A stretch of DNA of 64,000 bases from a virus (lineage: Duplodnaviria; Caudoviricetes). The DNA lies in IMG/VR virus record IMGVR_UViG_3300032213_002110, positions 1,620 to 65,619 of that record; one strand, 5' to 3'. Under the pieces are notes generated by a model. That model was not told where the DNA came from. It saw only the letters and a program-made list of their open reading frames with translations, and did no database searches. The translations under genes and the position numbers were made by a program. Shown one piece after another: positions 1-8,233 of the stretch; position 1 is the first letter of the stretch, and each line of letters begins with the position of its first letter.

Positions 1-31
1 ATTGGGGAACTAAAAAAGATACCAAGGTTAA

Positions 32-277
32 ATGAAAAAAGTTATTGTTTCAAAGGTGGAATATGAATTTCTAGTTTCTTTATTAGAAGAATTATACATA
101 ATTTCACCAGATGAAACAATATCAGATAAATGGATATCTAAATTGGAACCAACCAAAAAATTATTTGACTTGGAATTGGAGTTCTATAATATTAGAAATG
201 ATTACCAAACTCCAACCAAAAAGGAAATGATCAAATGGTTACTTGAAAAAATTAAAAATAAAAATCTTGATCTTTGA
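32..277 (+). CDS. hypothetical protein (81 aa)
   Basis: Intact ORF on the same strand as the downstream genes; no recognisable motif. Confidence 0.6.
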   Translation: MKKVIVSKVEYEFLVSLLEELYIISPDETISDKWISKLEPTKKLFDLELEFYNIRNDYQTPTKKEMIKWLLEKIKNKNLDL

Positions 278-295
278 TCAATTCGATGGTAACAT
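267..295 (+). promoter_or_regulatory. sigma70-like promoter, probably leaderless, for the 301 gene
   Basis: TTGATC (267-272), 17-nt spacer, TAACAT (290-295) preceded by TGg; ATG follows 5 nt after the -10 box. Confidence 0.55.
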
Positions 296-300
296 AGGTT

Positions 301-1080
301 ATGTTAAATTTTAGTTCAGATAAAAAGAAAATTGTAATTGTTGCTGATCCACACAACAACTATCAAAAGCTAGATACTATCATTAAAAAAGAAGATGGAG
401 ACATTAATATCTGTCTTGGTGATTGGTTTGATAGTTTCATATATGATGAACCACAACACTATGCAGATACCGCAAAGTATCTACTAGAAAAGTTCTTACC
501 AAATCAGAGTAACTATACTTTGTTTGGTAATCATGATCTACATTATTTGTTTGACGCACCTAGTGTATGGTGTAGTGGTTATGAACAATGGAAGTTTGAT
601 AGTATCAATGATGTAATTGAAAAACACAGAGGTTATTTTCAAAAGAAATTTAACTGGGCTTGTGTTGTAGATGGTATTTTATTGACCCATGCTGGTTTGG
701 ATCAACGATTAGTGTCTCCTAATTGTTCTACAAATGATGATATTTTCAAATATCTTGATCAATGTAGTGAAGAAGCTACAACCAAGTTAAAGAGTGATGA
801 TTTACATTGGTTTTATCAAGTTGGTAATAGTAGAGGTGGTAGGTTTAGAGCTGGTGGTATTGTATGGTGTGATTTTGATTATGAATTCAACCCTATTGAA
901 GGATTGAAACAAATCGTTGGACATACTAGTCAATGGGAAACAGGTAGAGCTAAACAACACGATAGTGAGGGATTTATTAATACTGCAGATGCAAATAATA
1001 TTTGTATTGACTGTCATTTAAATCAATACATTACTATTTCAAATGGCAAGATTGAATTGAAAAATTACGCAGACTTATAA
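301..1080 (+). CDS. calcineurin-like metallophosphoesterase
   Basis: Motifs ADPHNN, LGDWFD, FGNHD, LTHAG and VGHT in the expected order. Confidence 0.85.
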   Translation: MLNFSSDKKKIVIVADPHNNYQKLDTIIKKEDGDINICLGDWFDSFIYDEPQHYADTAKYLLEKFLPNQSNYTLFGNHDLHYLFDAPSVWCSGYEQWKFDSINDVIEKHRGYFQKKFNWACVVDGILLTHAGLDQRLVSPNCSTNDDIFKYLDQCSEEATTKLKSDDLHWFYQVGNSRGGRFRAGGIVWCDFDYEFNPIEGLKQIVGHTSQWETGRAKQHDSEGFINTADANNICIDCHLNQYITISNGKIELKNYADL

Positions 1081-1102
1081 TAAGTAAGGTTACACTAGTG
1101 TT

Positions 1103-1139
1103 AAGGGTTGTTACATTACCGTGACAACCCTTTTATTTT
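1103..1139 (+). terminator. intrinsic terminator after the metallophosphoesterase
   Basis: AAGGGTTGTTAC-attacc-GTGACAACCCTT stem (one G-U pair) followed by TTATTTT. Confidence 0.7.
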
Positions 1140-1165
1140 GCGTTAGTAATGATATATTAGTACAT

Positions 1166-1357
1166 ATGAAACATTTAAACATTCATTGTACCCATTGTGA
1201 TTCACAAACAGTCATTAAAAATGGTAAAATTAAGATGACTTGTATGTGTGACGATGAAATAAGAATGATTGATTTAAATGAACATATTGATGGTAGACAT
1301 AATCATAGTGTATATAGTATGTTTAATGATGATTATGAGTATGTTAATGCAAAATAG
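1166..1357 (+). CDS. small Cys-rich protein, possible Zn ribbon (about 63 aa)
   Basis: HCTHC and CMC motifs. Start moved from GTG 1121, which lies inside the terminator, to ATG 1166, 7 nt after an extended -10 (TGaTATATT, 1150-1158). Confidence 0.55.
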   Translation: MKHLNIHCTHCDSQTVIKNGKIKMTCMCDDEIRMIDLNEHIDGRHNHSVYSMFNDDYEYVNAK

Positions 1358-1358
1358 A

Positions 1359-1376
1359 GGGGGGTGGGGGTACCCC
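1359..1376 (+). other. G-rich tract with GGGGTACCCC palindrome
   Basis: GGGGGGTGGGGGTACCCC in intergenic AT-rich DNA, followed by an A-rich run. Confidence 0.8.
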
Positions 1377-1401
1377 TAAAATAAATAAAAAGAAAATTAA
1401 A

Positions 1402-1426
1402 ATTTGTCCATATTTATTGGACAAAT
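1402..1426 (+). promoter_or_regulatory. hairpin with TATTTAT motif in the loop, 3' arm overlapping the start codon
   Basis: ATTTGTCCA-tatttat-TGGACAAAT perfect 9-bp stem; ATG at 1425-1427. Confidence 0.65.
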
Positions 1427-1757
1427 GGGCGAAAAAAGACAAAAAGATGGTTATATTTATGTAATTAGTAACATTAATTTTCCTAATTATTACAAAATAG
1501 GTGTTACTGAGGATATCAAATCCAGACTGCGTACATATCAAACAAGCAGTCCACTAAGAAATTACAAAATAGAGTATTATATTTATCATCCGGATTGTTA
1601 TAATGCTGAAAAAGATATTCATGAACAAATGAAATATTTTGCTAGGAGTCAGAAAAATGAATGGTTTGAAATTGGTAGTTTACAGATGGTAATTGACAGA
1701 TTGGATGAAAGTCTACAATCAAAAGAAAAAATTTCTCTTGACCTTTATAAAAAGTAG
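1425..1757 (+). CDS. GIY-YIG nuclease domain protein, T5orf172-like
   Basis: GYIYVI...YYKIGVT...RLRTYQT...AEKDIH...EWF. Start moved from 1404 to 1425. Confidence 0.8.
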   Translation: MGEKRQKDGYIYVISNINFPNYYKIGVTEDIKSRLRTYQTSSPLRNYKIEYYIYHPDCYNAEKDIHEQMKYFARSQKNEWFEIGSLQMVIDRLDESLQSKEKISLDLYKK

Positions 1758-1769
1758 ACTATACTTATG
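1738..1769 (+). promoter_or_regulatory. candidate promoter for the HNH gene
   Basis: TTGACC (1738-1743), 16-nt spacer, TATACT (1760-1765); overlaps a TACTTATG variant of the late-type motif. Confidence 0.45.
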
Positions 1770-1783
1770 TTGTAAGGTGAGTT

Positions 1784-2428
1784 ATGAATAATGTTGCAAA
1801 TAAACTAATATGTTTAAATCTGAATGCTAACTGGCAACCAGTTGGGTTTAAAACCGTCAAAGATGCTATTGTGGATCTTTGTGGTGCTGAATCTCATAGT
1901 AAACCATCTACAATGGCATTGGATATTGAATATGAACTAGATGATAATGGACAGCCCATTTTTGATGAAGCTAAGAGCATGAATCCAGTTTCATGGGATG
2001 AGTGGATGTTGTTGCCTATTAGATCATGGGATTTGGCTATAAATAGTCCTACTAGAAGCATTAGAGTACCAACTGTTATCATCGCTACAAATTTCAATAA
2101 GATGCCTATTAAGACATTTAAAGGAAAACCTAGCAAGGATGGTATTTGGAATAGAGATCAAGGTATTTGTCAATATACTGGTAAGAAGTTGACCAAAGAT
2201 CAATCTACTATTGATCATGTAATTCCTCGTAGTAAGGGAGGACAGGATACTTGGACTAATATGGTTGTATGTGACAAAACTCTTAATAGTAAAAAAGGTA
2301 ATAAGTTAAACAGTGAACTTGGTTTAAAGTTGAAAAAAGAACCAATTGAACCAAGTCCAACTCCGGTGTCTGCTTTGATTAGAGAAGCAAAACATCATAC
2401 TTGGAAACATTTTTTAACTATTCAATAA
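1784..2428 (+). CDS. HNH endonuclease (McrA-like)
   Basis: IRVPTVI...RDQGICQYTG...TIDHVIPRSKGG...WTNMV...NSKKG. Confidence 0.85.
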   Translation: MNNVANKLICLNLNANWQPVGFKTVKDAIVDLCGAESHSKPSTMALDIEYELDDNGQPIFDEAKSMNPVSWDEWMLLPIRSWDLAINSPTRSIRVPTVIIATNFNKMPIKTFKGKPSKDGIWNRDQGICQYTGKKLTKDQSTIDHVIPRSKGGQDTWTNMVVCDKTLNSKKGNKLNSELGLKLKKEPIEPSPTPVSALIREAKHHTWKHFLTIQ

Positions 2429-2441
2429 AAAAATTGTAACG

Positions 2442-2478
2442 AAAACTTCTGGTGATATACTTATTCATCAGAAGTTTT
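2442..2478 (+). promoter_or_regulatory. hairpin with TATACTTAT in the loop, just upstream of the 2481 ORF
   Basis: AAAACTTCTG-G-TGA / TCA-T-CAGAAGTTTT stem, 9-nt loop; ATG 2 nt after the stem. May also act as a terminator (T run). Confidence 0.55.
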
Positions 2479-2480
2479 TT

Positions 2481-2657
2481 ATGCGTAAATCAAGAGTTGA
2501 TAAAATTAAATTGTTGAACGAGGAACATGACTTGGAAGTCACAAGTGATATTATTAACGCATACAAAAAGAATACCACCAGAAAACGAGTTACAAAAAAA
2601 GGATTAGAAAATTATTATAATAATCTAATCCAATTTATGAATAGTAGATTTATTTGA
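2481..2657 (+). CDS. small basic hypothetical protein (58 aa), absent from the ORF track
   Basis: Read by hand: MRKSRVDKIKLLNEEHDLEVTSDIINAYKKNTTRKRVTKKGLENYYNNLIQFMNSRFI*. It fills the gap exactly and its stop abuts the gmd stop. Confidence 0.6.
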   Translation: MRKSRVDKIKLLNEEHDLEVTSDIINAYKKNTTRKRVTKKGLENYYNNLIQFMNSRFI

Positions 2658-3824
2658 TTACAATCCGATTTGTTTTAGATCATTAAGTACCATCTTTTCA
2701 ACAAGATGATCAAATGATGTTTCTGGTTTCCACCCCAATTCTTTTCTGGCTTTAGTACTATCTCCTAATAATAAGTCCACTTCTGCTGGTCTATAGAATT
2801 TTGGATTGATTTTAACTAATATTGATGATACTGGTTCATATTTGATTGCATCTTTGGTACTGATACTAAATTCAGATCTTTCTGTTTCACCGTGCCAGGC
2901 ACCTTCAATTCCAGCAGATTTAAAAGCATACCAAACAAATTCTGCAATAGTATGTGTTTCATTGCTGGAAAGCACATATTCTTCAATTTTCATATTACTA
3001 TCCATATCAACTCTACATTTTTCTTGATTTAACATTAACCAAATACCTTTGACAAAATCTTCTGCGTCACTCCAATCTCGTTTAGCTTTTACATTGCCTA
3101 ATTCAATTGGTTCAAATGATTTATTTTCAAGAATAGCTTTTTTGATTCTAGCTACACCTTTTGTAATCTTTCTGGTAACAAATTCTTCACCTCTACGAGT
3201 ACCTTCATGATTAAACAATAAACCCTGAATTGCATACAGATTATAACTTTCTCTATATACTTTAACTAATTGTCTTGCAGCTGATTTGCTAGCTCCGTAT
3301 GGACTTCTTGGTCTAGCTGGATGATTTTCATCTTGAGGTATATATGCGACATTTCCATATTCTTCACTACTTCCTGCATTATAGAATCTACATGATGGTT
3401 TATGTAATCTAATAGCTTCCAAAATATGGATTACGCCTGTTGTATTACATTCCCATGTTTGGGCTGGGAAGTCCCATGATGAACCTACGAATGTTTGTGC
3501 GGCTAAATTAATAAAATAATCAGGTTTTAGTGATTCTACAATTTTACTAATACTATGAGCATCACTCAAATCAAAATTTACCAAATGAAATCTAGGATTA
3601 TTTTCCAAATGACTAATATTTTCATGATTTTTGATGCTTAATCTTCTAGCACCTCCAAAAACAATATAATCAGTATTTTTAAGCAAATAATCTGCCATAA
3701 AACTACCATCTTGACCTGTAACTCCAGTAACAAATACAACTTTATTTGTACCGATCAAATTTTTTGCATCAGCAATATTTAATATATCCATAGTAACCTC
3801 TGTTTCTTTTGTAGTAAAAACCAT
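2658..3824 (-). CDS. gmd: GDP-mannose 4,6-dehydratase
   Basis: VTGVTGQDGSFMA, NLAAQTFV, SSEEYG, PRSPYGASK, LFNHEG, EEFVTRKIT, RDWSDAEDFV, YRPAEVDLLLGD. An alternative start at 3791 is possible. Confidence 0.95.
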   Translation of the reverse strand: MVFTTKETEVTMDILNIADAKNLIGTNKVVFVTGVTGQDGSFMADYLLKNTDYIVFGGARRLSIKNHENISHLENNPRFHLVNFDLSDAHSISKIVESLKPDYFINLAAQTFVGSSWDFPAQTWECNTTGVIHILEAIRLHKPSCRFYNAGSSEEYGNVAYIPQDENHPARPRSPYGASKSAARQLVKVYRESYNLYAIQGLLFNHEGTRRGEEFVTRKITKGVARIKKAILENKSFEPIELGNVKAKRDWSDAEDFVKGIWLMLNQEKCRVDMDSNMKIEEYVLSSNETHTIAEFVWYAFKSAGIEGAWHGETERSEFSISTKDAIKYEPVSSILVKINPKFYRPAEVDLLLGDSTKARKELGWKPETSFDHLVEKMVLNDLKQIGL

Positions 3825-3921
3825 ATTGAAAATAACATAATTGTTAATATATGTATATATATGTATATGTGATCACAAAAGGAATTTATATTAGATATAA
3901 TAAATTGAAAACGTATTTTTA

Positions 3922-4443
3922 TTAAAATTCGTCATCGTCTCCATAATCATCTTCCTCTTCATCATCAAAATCATCAAAATCATCTTCGTCGTCATCACTA
4001 TGCATAAAATTTGGATTGTGTTTTTGATGAAAATTCTTAAAATCGCCATCAGATAATCCTAACGAACCAATCAACGAAATAAGAATAAAACACATTTGTT
4101 CTTTCGGAAGTTTTTTATCTAATATTTTCTTAGATAATGAATTTGCAAGAATCATTAAAGAAATTACTGTCTTATCATCTTTCATGAAACTGTTTTCCAT
4201 GAATTTTTCTTTCACGATTTCAGTCTTCGACATTATCAAACCAGGAACATCAGTCAATTTCATAGATTCCATGGTATTTCTCTTAATTTCTTCTTCCAAT
4301 AATTGTGTTCGTGTCTTTTTATCACCACCTAATTTATTAATTTCTTTAGCAATTGCTTTTACACTTTCACGATTTAACTTCTTTGCAATACTAAATGATA
4401 CTAGTACACCATGTTGAGCAATTAAATGATTGAATGTTTTCAT
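3922..4443 (-). CDS. hypothetical protein with acidic C-terminal tail
   Basis: 173 aa ending in a D/E/F-rich low-complexity tail; TATTTATG motif 4 nt upstream. Confidence 0.7.
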   Translation of the reverse strand: MKTFNHLIAQHGVLVSFSIAKKLNRESVKAIAKEINKLGGDKKTRTQLLEEEIKRNTMESMKLTDVPGLIMSKTEIVKEKFMENSFMKDDKTVISLMILANSLSKKILDKKLPKEQMCFILISLIGSLGLSDGDFKNFHQKHNPNFMHSDDDEDDFDDFDDEEEDDYGDDDEF

Positions 4444-4480
4444 AAAGCATAAATATCACTTAAGATATAATAACTTTATT

Positions 4481-5266
4481 TTAAAATCTAGCTCTTATTG
4501 GTTTCTTTGCACCTTGAATTACATCAGGATCCATATTAAAATGAATTGTTCCTCGTCTAATATAACCTCTACCAGTACAAAATGTACAATTATAACATAG
4601 TATCTTTAAATTTTCTAACTTATGATTGGTTTTGTCACCATCTTCAAAGTTTAATAACAATGGTATTTTACCGTCAGTAATTCTTCGTTCACCATACCCA
4701 CATTGTTCACATTCGGCTTTCTTTGTACCTGATCTAATCAATTTATCTTTTAATCTGTGAACAGGAAAATTAGGACATTTGCCTGCTAGTATCTTACTTA
4801 ATGGATATTTACCTTTATATGGATCAATTGTACTATTTAAATCTCTTGTTTTTCTTACTGCAGGATCACATACAACATGAACACCATACATTTTAGCATA
4901 CTTTTTATAAGTAGTATAACTTACCCCCAATTTTTTAGAACATTCTCTTGCACTTCTACTATTTGCTCTTGCTTCTTTGATTTCCGATTCTAATAATACT
5001 CTTGCAATTCCATTCTTTTCTTTTCTTTTTGGAAATAATACTGATTCTGCTTGTTTTTCCAAATGAGGAATAATAACACCATTTTCTTTTAATTGATTTA
5101 CTTCTTCTGCTACTTCTTCTGCTACTTCTTTAGCAACATCTTCACCAAGACTACTAATTTCTTTTATTTCTTTAACATCCTTTTTAAGAGATTGTAAATC
5201 ATTTAACTGTTTTTGCATTTCGGCCATTTGAGCCAAAATTACATTTATATCTGGAACATTACTCAT
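4481..5266 (-). CDS. HTH plus Zn-binding degenerate HNH-fold protein
   Basis: HTH-like SARECSKKLGVSYTTYKKYAK, then CEQCG...LLLNFEDGDKTNHKLENLKILCYNC, with HNH spacing but the usual His positions replaced. Confidence 0.6.
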   Translation of the reverse strand: MSNVPDINVILAQMAEMQKQLNDLQSLKKDVKEIKEISSLGEDVAKEVAEEVAEEVNQLKENGVIIPHLEKQAESVLFPKRKEKNGIARVLLESEIKEARANSRSARECSKKLGVSYTTYKKYAKMYGVHVVCDPAVRKTRDLNSTIDPYKGKYPLSKILAGKCPNFPVHRLKDKLIRSGTKKAECEQCGYGERRITDGKIPLLLNFEDGDKTNHKLENLKILCYNCTFCTGRGYIRRGTIHFNMDPDVIQGAKKPIRARF

Positions 5267-5268
5267 AA

Positions 5269-5583
5269 TTAACCTTTGATTGGTTCGTCAGCTAAATCAA
5301 CTTTGGTTTTTGATAAAAATACTGACCTTAAAATTTCTGCTTTACTATGAAATCCTGCGTTAATCAATATCTTATATGTATTGTATACCGATACATTTTT
5401 CTTTGATTTAGGATTCTTTGGTTCGACCCAACATTGTAACAAAGCAGTTACTGTTAAACTTCCGTTGTTTATTGCTCGTTCCATTGCTTGTGTACACGCT
5501 TCTAATTTGTAATCGTCAAATATAGTTTCGTCTACTTCAATTGTTTCTTTCCAGTTAATACTGGTTACTACAACTCTTTTCAT
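5269..5583 (-). CDS. hypothetical protein (104 aa)
   Basis: Tightly coupled to its neighbours; no motif recognised. Confidence 0.7.
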   Translation of the reverse strand: MKRVVVTSINWKETIEVDETIFDDYKLEACTQAMERAINNGSLTVTALLQCWVEPKNPKSKKNVSVYNTYKILINAGFHSKAEILRSVFLSKTKVDLADEPIKG

Positions 5584-7193
5584 AAGTCCAAATCTCCATC
5601 ATTTAGTAGATCCATGTTGTCAAGTTTGCGTTTTACACTTTCACAAACTTTTTCTTCCACCGTATTAGCAACAAAGACAATTTTCTGAATACTCTTACTC
5701 TTGGCACTATCACGCCAAACTCTTCCAGTTGATTGTCTCATTAATACAGCAGAATAACTGGGTGATATAATAGACATTCTAGGATGTTTACCGTTCAAAT
5801 CATGTAGACTTAAACCTGCACCACCAGCTTGAATGTTTACCAATATTACCCGTTCTTTATCCGCCTGAAAATCATCAATATTTTGTTGTCTGGCTTTCGC
5901 ATATTTAGCTTCACCATTAACAATACATTTGGTATTTAATCTTTCCGATAAAGCATCAATAGTTTCAGTAAAATTACAAAATACAACAACACTCATTCCA
6001 TTTTCAATTGCTTCTTCAATCATTTCAATAAACAATGGAACTTTAACCAATTCTACTTTTTGTCTAGCTCTAAGAATTGCAGTCAATTCACTAGTATTTT
6101 CTTTACTTTCCTTCTTTATTTTCTTTTGTAATTTAGCCAATTCAGCTTCCATCTCCGCATAAATATTATTGATTTTATTCTGAGCATCTTCTTCCATGTT
6201 ATAACACTCAGCATCAATTTGACTTTCTGGAAAGTTTGGAATTGTATCTCTGGTTAATCTTACTCCTCTATTGATAAAGATGTCATTATGTAATTTCTTT
6301 AATACTTCTTTATCATTATTAAATTGTAATCCAAATCTACCTTTAGTTACGCCGTGTGCATATAACCAAGTATAATATTGTTTGTTGTTTTCAAACAATT
6401 TAATAGCCATACCAACAGTTTTTAATTCTAATGGATTGGTTGCATTAGTTGCTGAACAAAACAACATCTTATAACCTTGTTTCAATGCTTCCAAACAAGT
6501 TTCACTATTTTTTGTATTTGCACCCTTTAATTTTTGACTTTCATCCCAGATAATAAGGGTTGATTTAGGAATCTTCCATACAAATTCATTGCGTCTAGTG
6601 TCTCTTCTTTTAACATAAGACGCAATCATACTATCTTTTTTACCCATTCTAAGCATTTCATAGTTGATTACTCCAACCAATCTATGATTTATTTTAAAAT
6701 GGTTCTTGATTACTCTTTTCCATGATTCCATGACTGCTTTTGGACATACTACAAGAATATCCATATCCAATTCTCTTGCAGTACCACATGCATTATATGT
6801 TTTGCCAACGCCAACATCACTACCGTCAATTGCACATCCCCATTTTTTAATAGCTGCACATAGTTTTGATACAGCAGTTACTTGCCATGGACGCAAACCA
6901 TCTGATGCTTTTACTTCATATGGTTTTAACGGTTCGTCTGATTTGACTTTATCTGTTGTTTTCTTTTTTGAAAAACTATCTTTAGTGGTATGAGTTTCAG
7001 TCAAGAACCAGTCATTATCTACTTTTTTGACACCGTAACCTTTGTCTTTTAATTTGAAACTGTTACCTTTCCAATAAACAAAGAATTCATTACGATAATT
7101 GACTGGAATTAACCAATGTCTTGTCCAAAGAGGTATTCCACTCTTTGATTCAATTTCATACGGGTCACTCCATTTTACATCCAAATTAATCAT
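5580..7193 (-). CDS. SF2 (SNF2/DEAD-like) helicase
   Basis: Q-motif LRPWQ, Walker A DVGVGKTY, Walker B IIWDESQ, motif III SAT, motif V QAGGAGLSL, motif VI QSTGRVWR. Confidence 0.85.
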   Translation of the reverse strand: MINLDVKWSDPYEIESKSGIPLWTRHWLIPVNYRNEFFVYWKGNSFKLKDKGYGVKKVDNDWFLTETHTTKDSFSKKKTTDKVKSDEPLKPYEVKASDGLRPWQVTAVSKLCAAIKKWGCAIDGSDVGVGKTYNACGTARELDMDILVVCPKAVMESWKRVIKNHFKINHRLVGVINYEMLRMGKKDSMIASYVKRRDTRRNEFVWKIPKSTLIIWDESQKLKGANTKNSETCLEALKQGYKMLFCSATNATNPLELKTVGMAIKLFENNKQYYTWLYAHGVTKGRFGLQFNNDKEVLKKLHNDIFINRGVRLTRDTIPNFPESQIDAECYNMEEDAQNKINNIYAEMEAELAKLQKKIKKESKENTSELTAILRARQKVELVKVPLFIEMIEEAIENGMSVVVFCNFTETIDALSERLNTKCIVNGEAKYAKARQQNIDDFQADKERVILVNIQAGGAGLSLHDLNGKHPRMSIISPSYSAVLMRQSTGRVWRDSAKSKSIQKIVFVANTVEEKVCESVKRKLDNMDLLNDGDLDL

Positions 7194-7196
7194 GTT

Positions 7197-7502
7197 TTAA
7201 TCACCCATTTCGGTACGGTATTTGCTATAATGTGATACATCATGTACATTACAGTTTTTCAATATACCACCTTTTGAAACAATGCCAATATTAAATATTG
7301 TTCGCATTGATTCTGTAAAAGTTCTACCTTCACGATCATCATAACCATGACCAAGATCAATTAGATTTTGCATATAATTGGATCTAGATTGTCCAAACTT
7401 GCGTTGAACAGTTCCTTCTAGGTGTTTAACTAGACCTTGTACACTTTCAAATATAAAAGGTTCTTTTCTTTGTGTAGTATCTACTATGTAAAATTTATTC
7501 AT
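7197..7502 (-). CDS. hypothetical protein (101 aa)
   Basis: Intact ORF in the helicase operon; TATATATA variant motif upstream. Confidence 0.7.
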   Translation of the reverse strand: MNKFYIVDTTQRKEPFIFESVQGLVKHLEGTVQRKFGQSRSNYMQNLIDLGHGYDDREGRTFTESMRTIFNIGIVSKGGILKNCNVHDVSHYSKYRTEMGD

Positions 7503-7565
7503 ACATTTATATATAGTCGTATATGTGTATATATTACAATATAATAAATGAAAAACAAGTTATTA

Positions 7566-8180
7566 TTAATCTCTGGATAGTGGAATGTCTGTTTGAAGAT
7601 TTCTTTCGGTTTGTCCACGAATGATTTCAAAATACTGTAATAATCTATTAAGTAGATTGTCTGCAATTTTTTCCACCCAATCTTCTGGCTTATATTCAGT
7701 AATGCTTGATCCACCATGTACTGCTTTCAAATTGTCTATTTGAAATTCTCTAGTTAGAAACTTAACTAAATCTTTTTTTAATTGTTCTTTGTGATTGATA
7801 ACAAATATTTCACATAACTGTTCTTTGTAACTTACTCTTACAGGAGCTTTACCTTTACCACCACTTCCTTTTTCACCTCTACCAGCTTTATTTTGAGCTG
7901 ATTTTTTTCTTTTTACCCAATTAGCAATAGCTTTACGTCCACCTTTGGATCTTAATCTAGCTACATATTTTTTACCCAAACAAGCACTATAACTGCTTCC
8001 TTTTTTGGCATCACCACATTTACCTACCTTTTTACCACTACTATTATATCTATCCCATCCTCCACCAGATGAACTGCCTACACCACCTTTACCAAACCAT
8101 CTGCCTAAACCGCTATTGGCATAAACTTCATCTATCAAATCAATCATTTGATTTTCTAATTTCTCAATTGGGTATGACAT
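7566..8180 (-). CDS. Gly/Lys-rich basic protein, possible internal virion protein
   Basis: GLGRWFGKGG...GGWDRYNSSGKKVGKC...ACL module; TATTTATA 7 nt upstream; IDE and ITE motifs flank the module. Confidence 0.6.
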   Translation of the reverse strand: MSYPIEKLENQMIDLIDEVYANSGLGRWFGKGGVGSSSGGGWDRYNSSGKKVGKCGDAKKGSSYSACLGKKYVARLRSKGGRKAIANWVKRKKSAQNKAGRGEKGSGGKGKAPVRVSYKEQLCEIFVINHKEQLKKDLVKFLTREFQIDNLKAVHGGSSITEYKPEDWVEKIADNLLNRLLQYFEIIRGQTERNLQTDIPLSRD

Positions 8181-8185
8181 AATCC

Positions 8186-8231
8186 TTTATAAATATAATG
8201 TAATTAAGTATAAATATTCAATATTTATAAA
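8186..8231. promoter_or_regulatory. divergent late-type promoter region with three TATTTATA copies
   Basis: TATTTATA at 8222-8229 (+, 4 nt before ATG 8234), and at 8188-8195 and 8209-8216 (minus, before ATG 8180). The outer copies form an 11-bp inverted repeat. Confidence 0.6.
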
Positions 8232-8233
8232 AT

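Noticed and set aside
3925-4000. Trinucleotide-like repeats (TCA/TCG runs)
   Set aside because: Explained by the Asp/Glu-rich protein tail.
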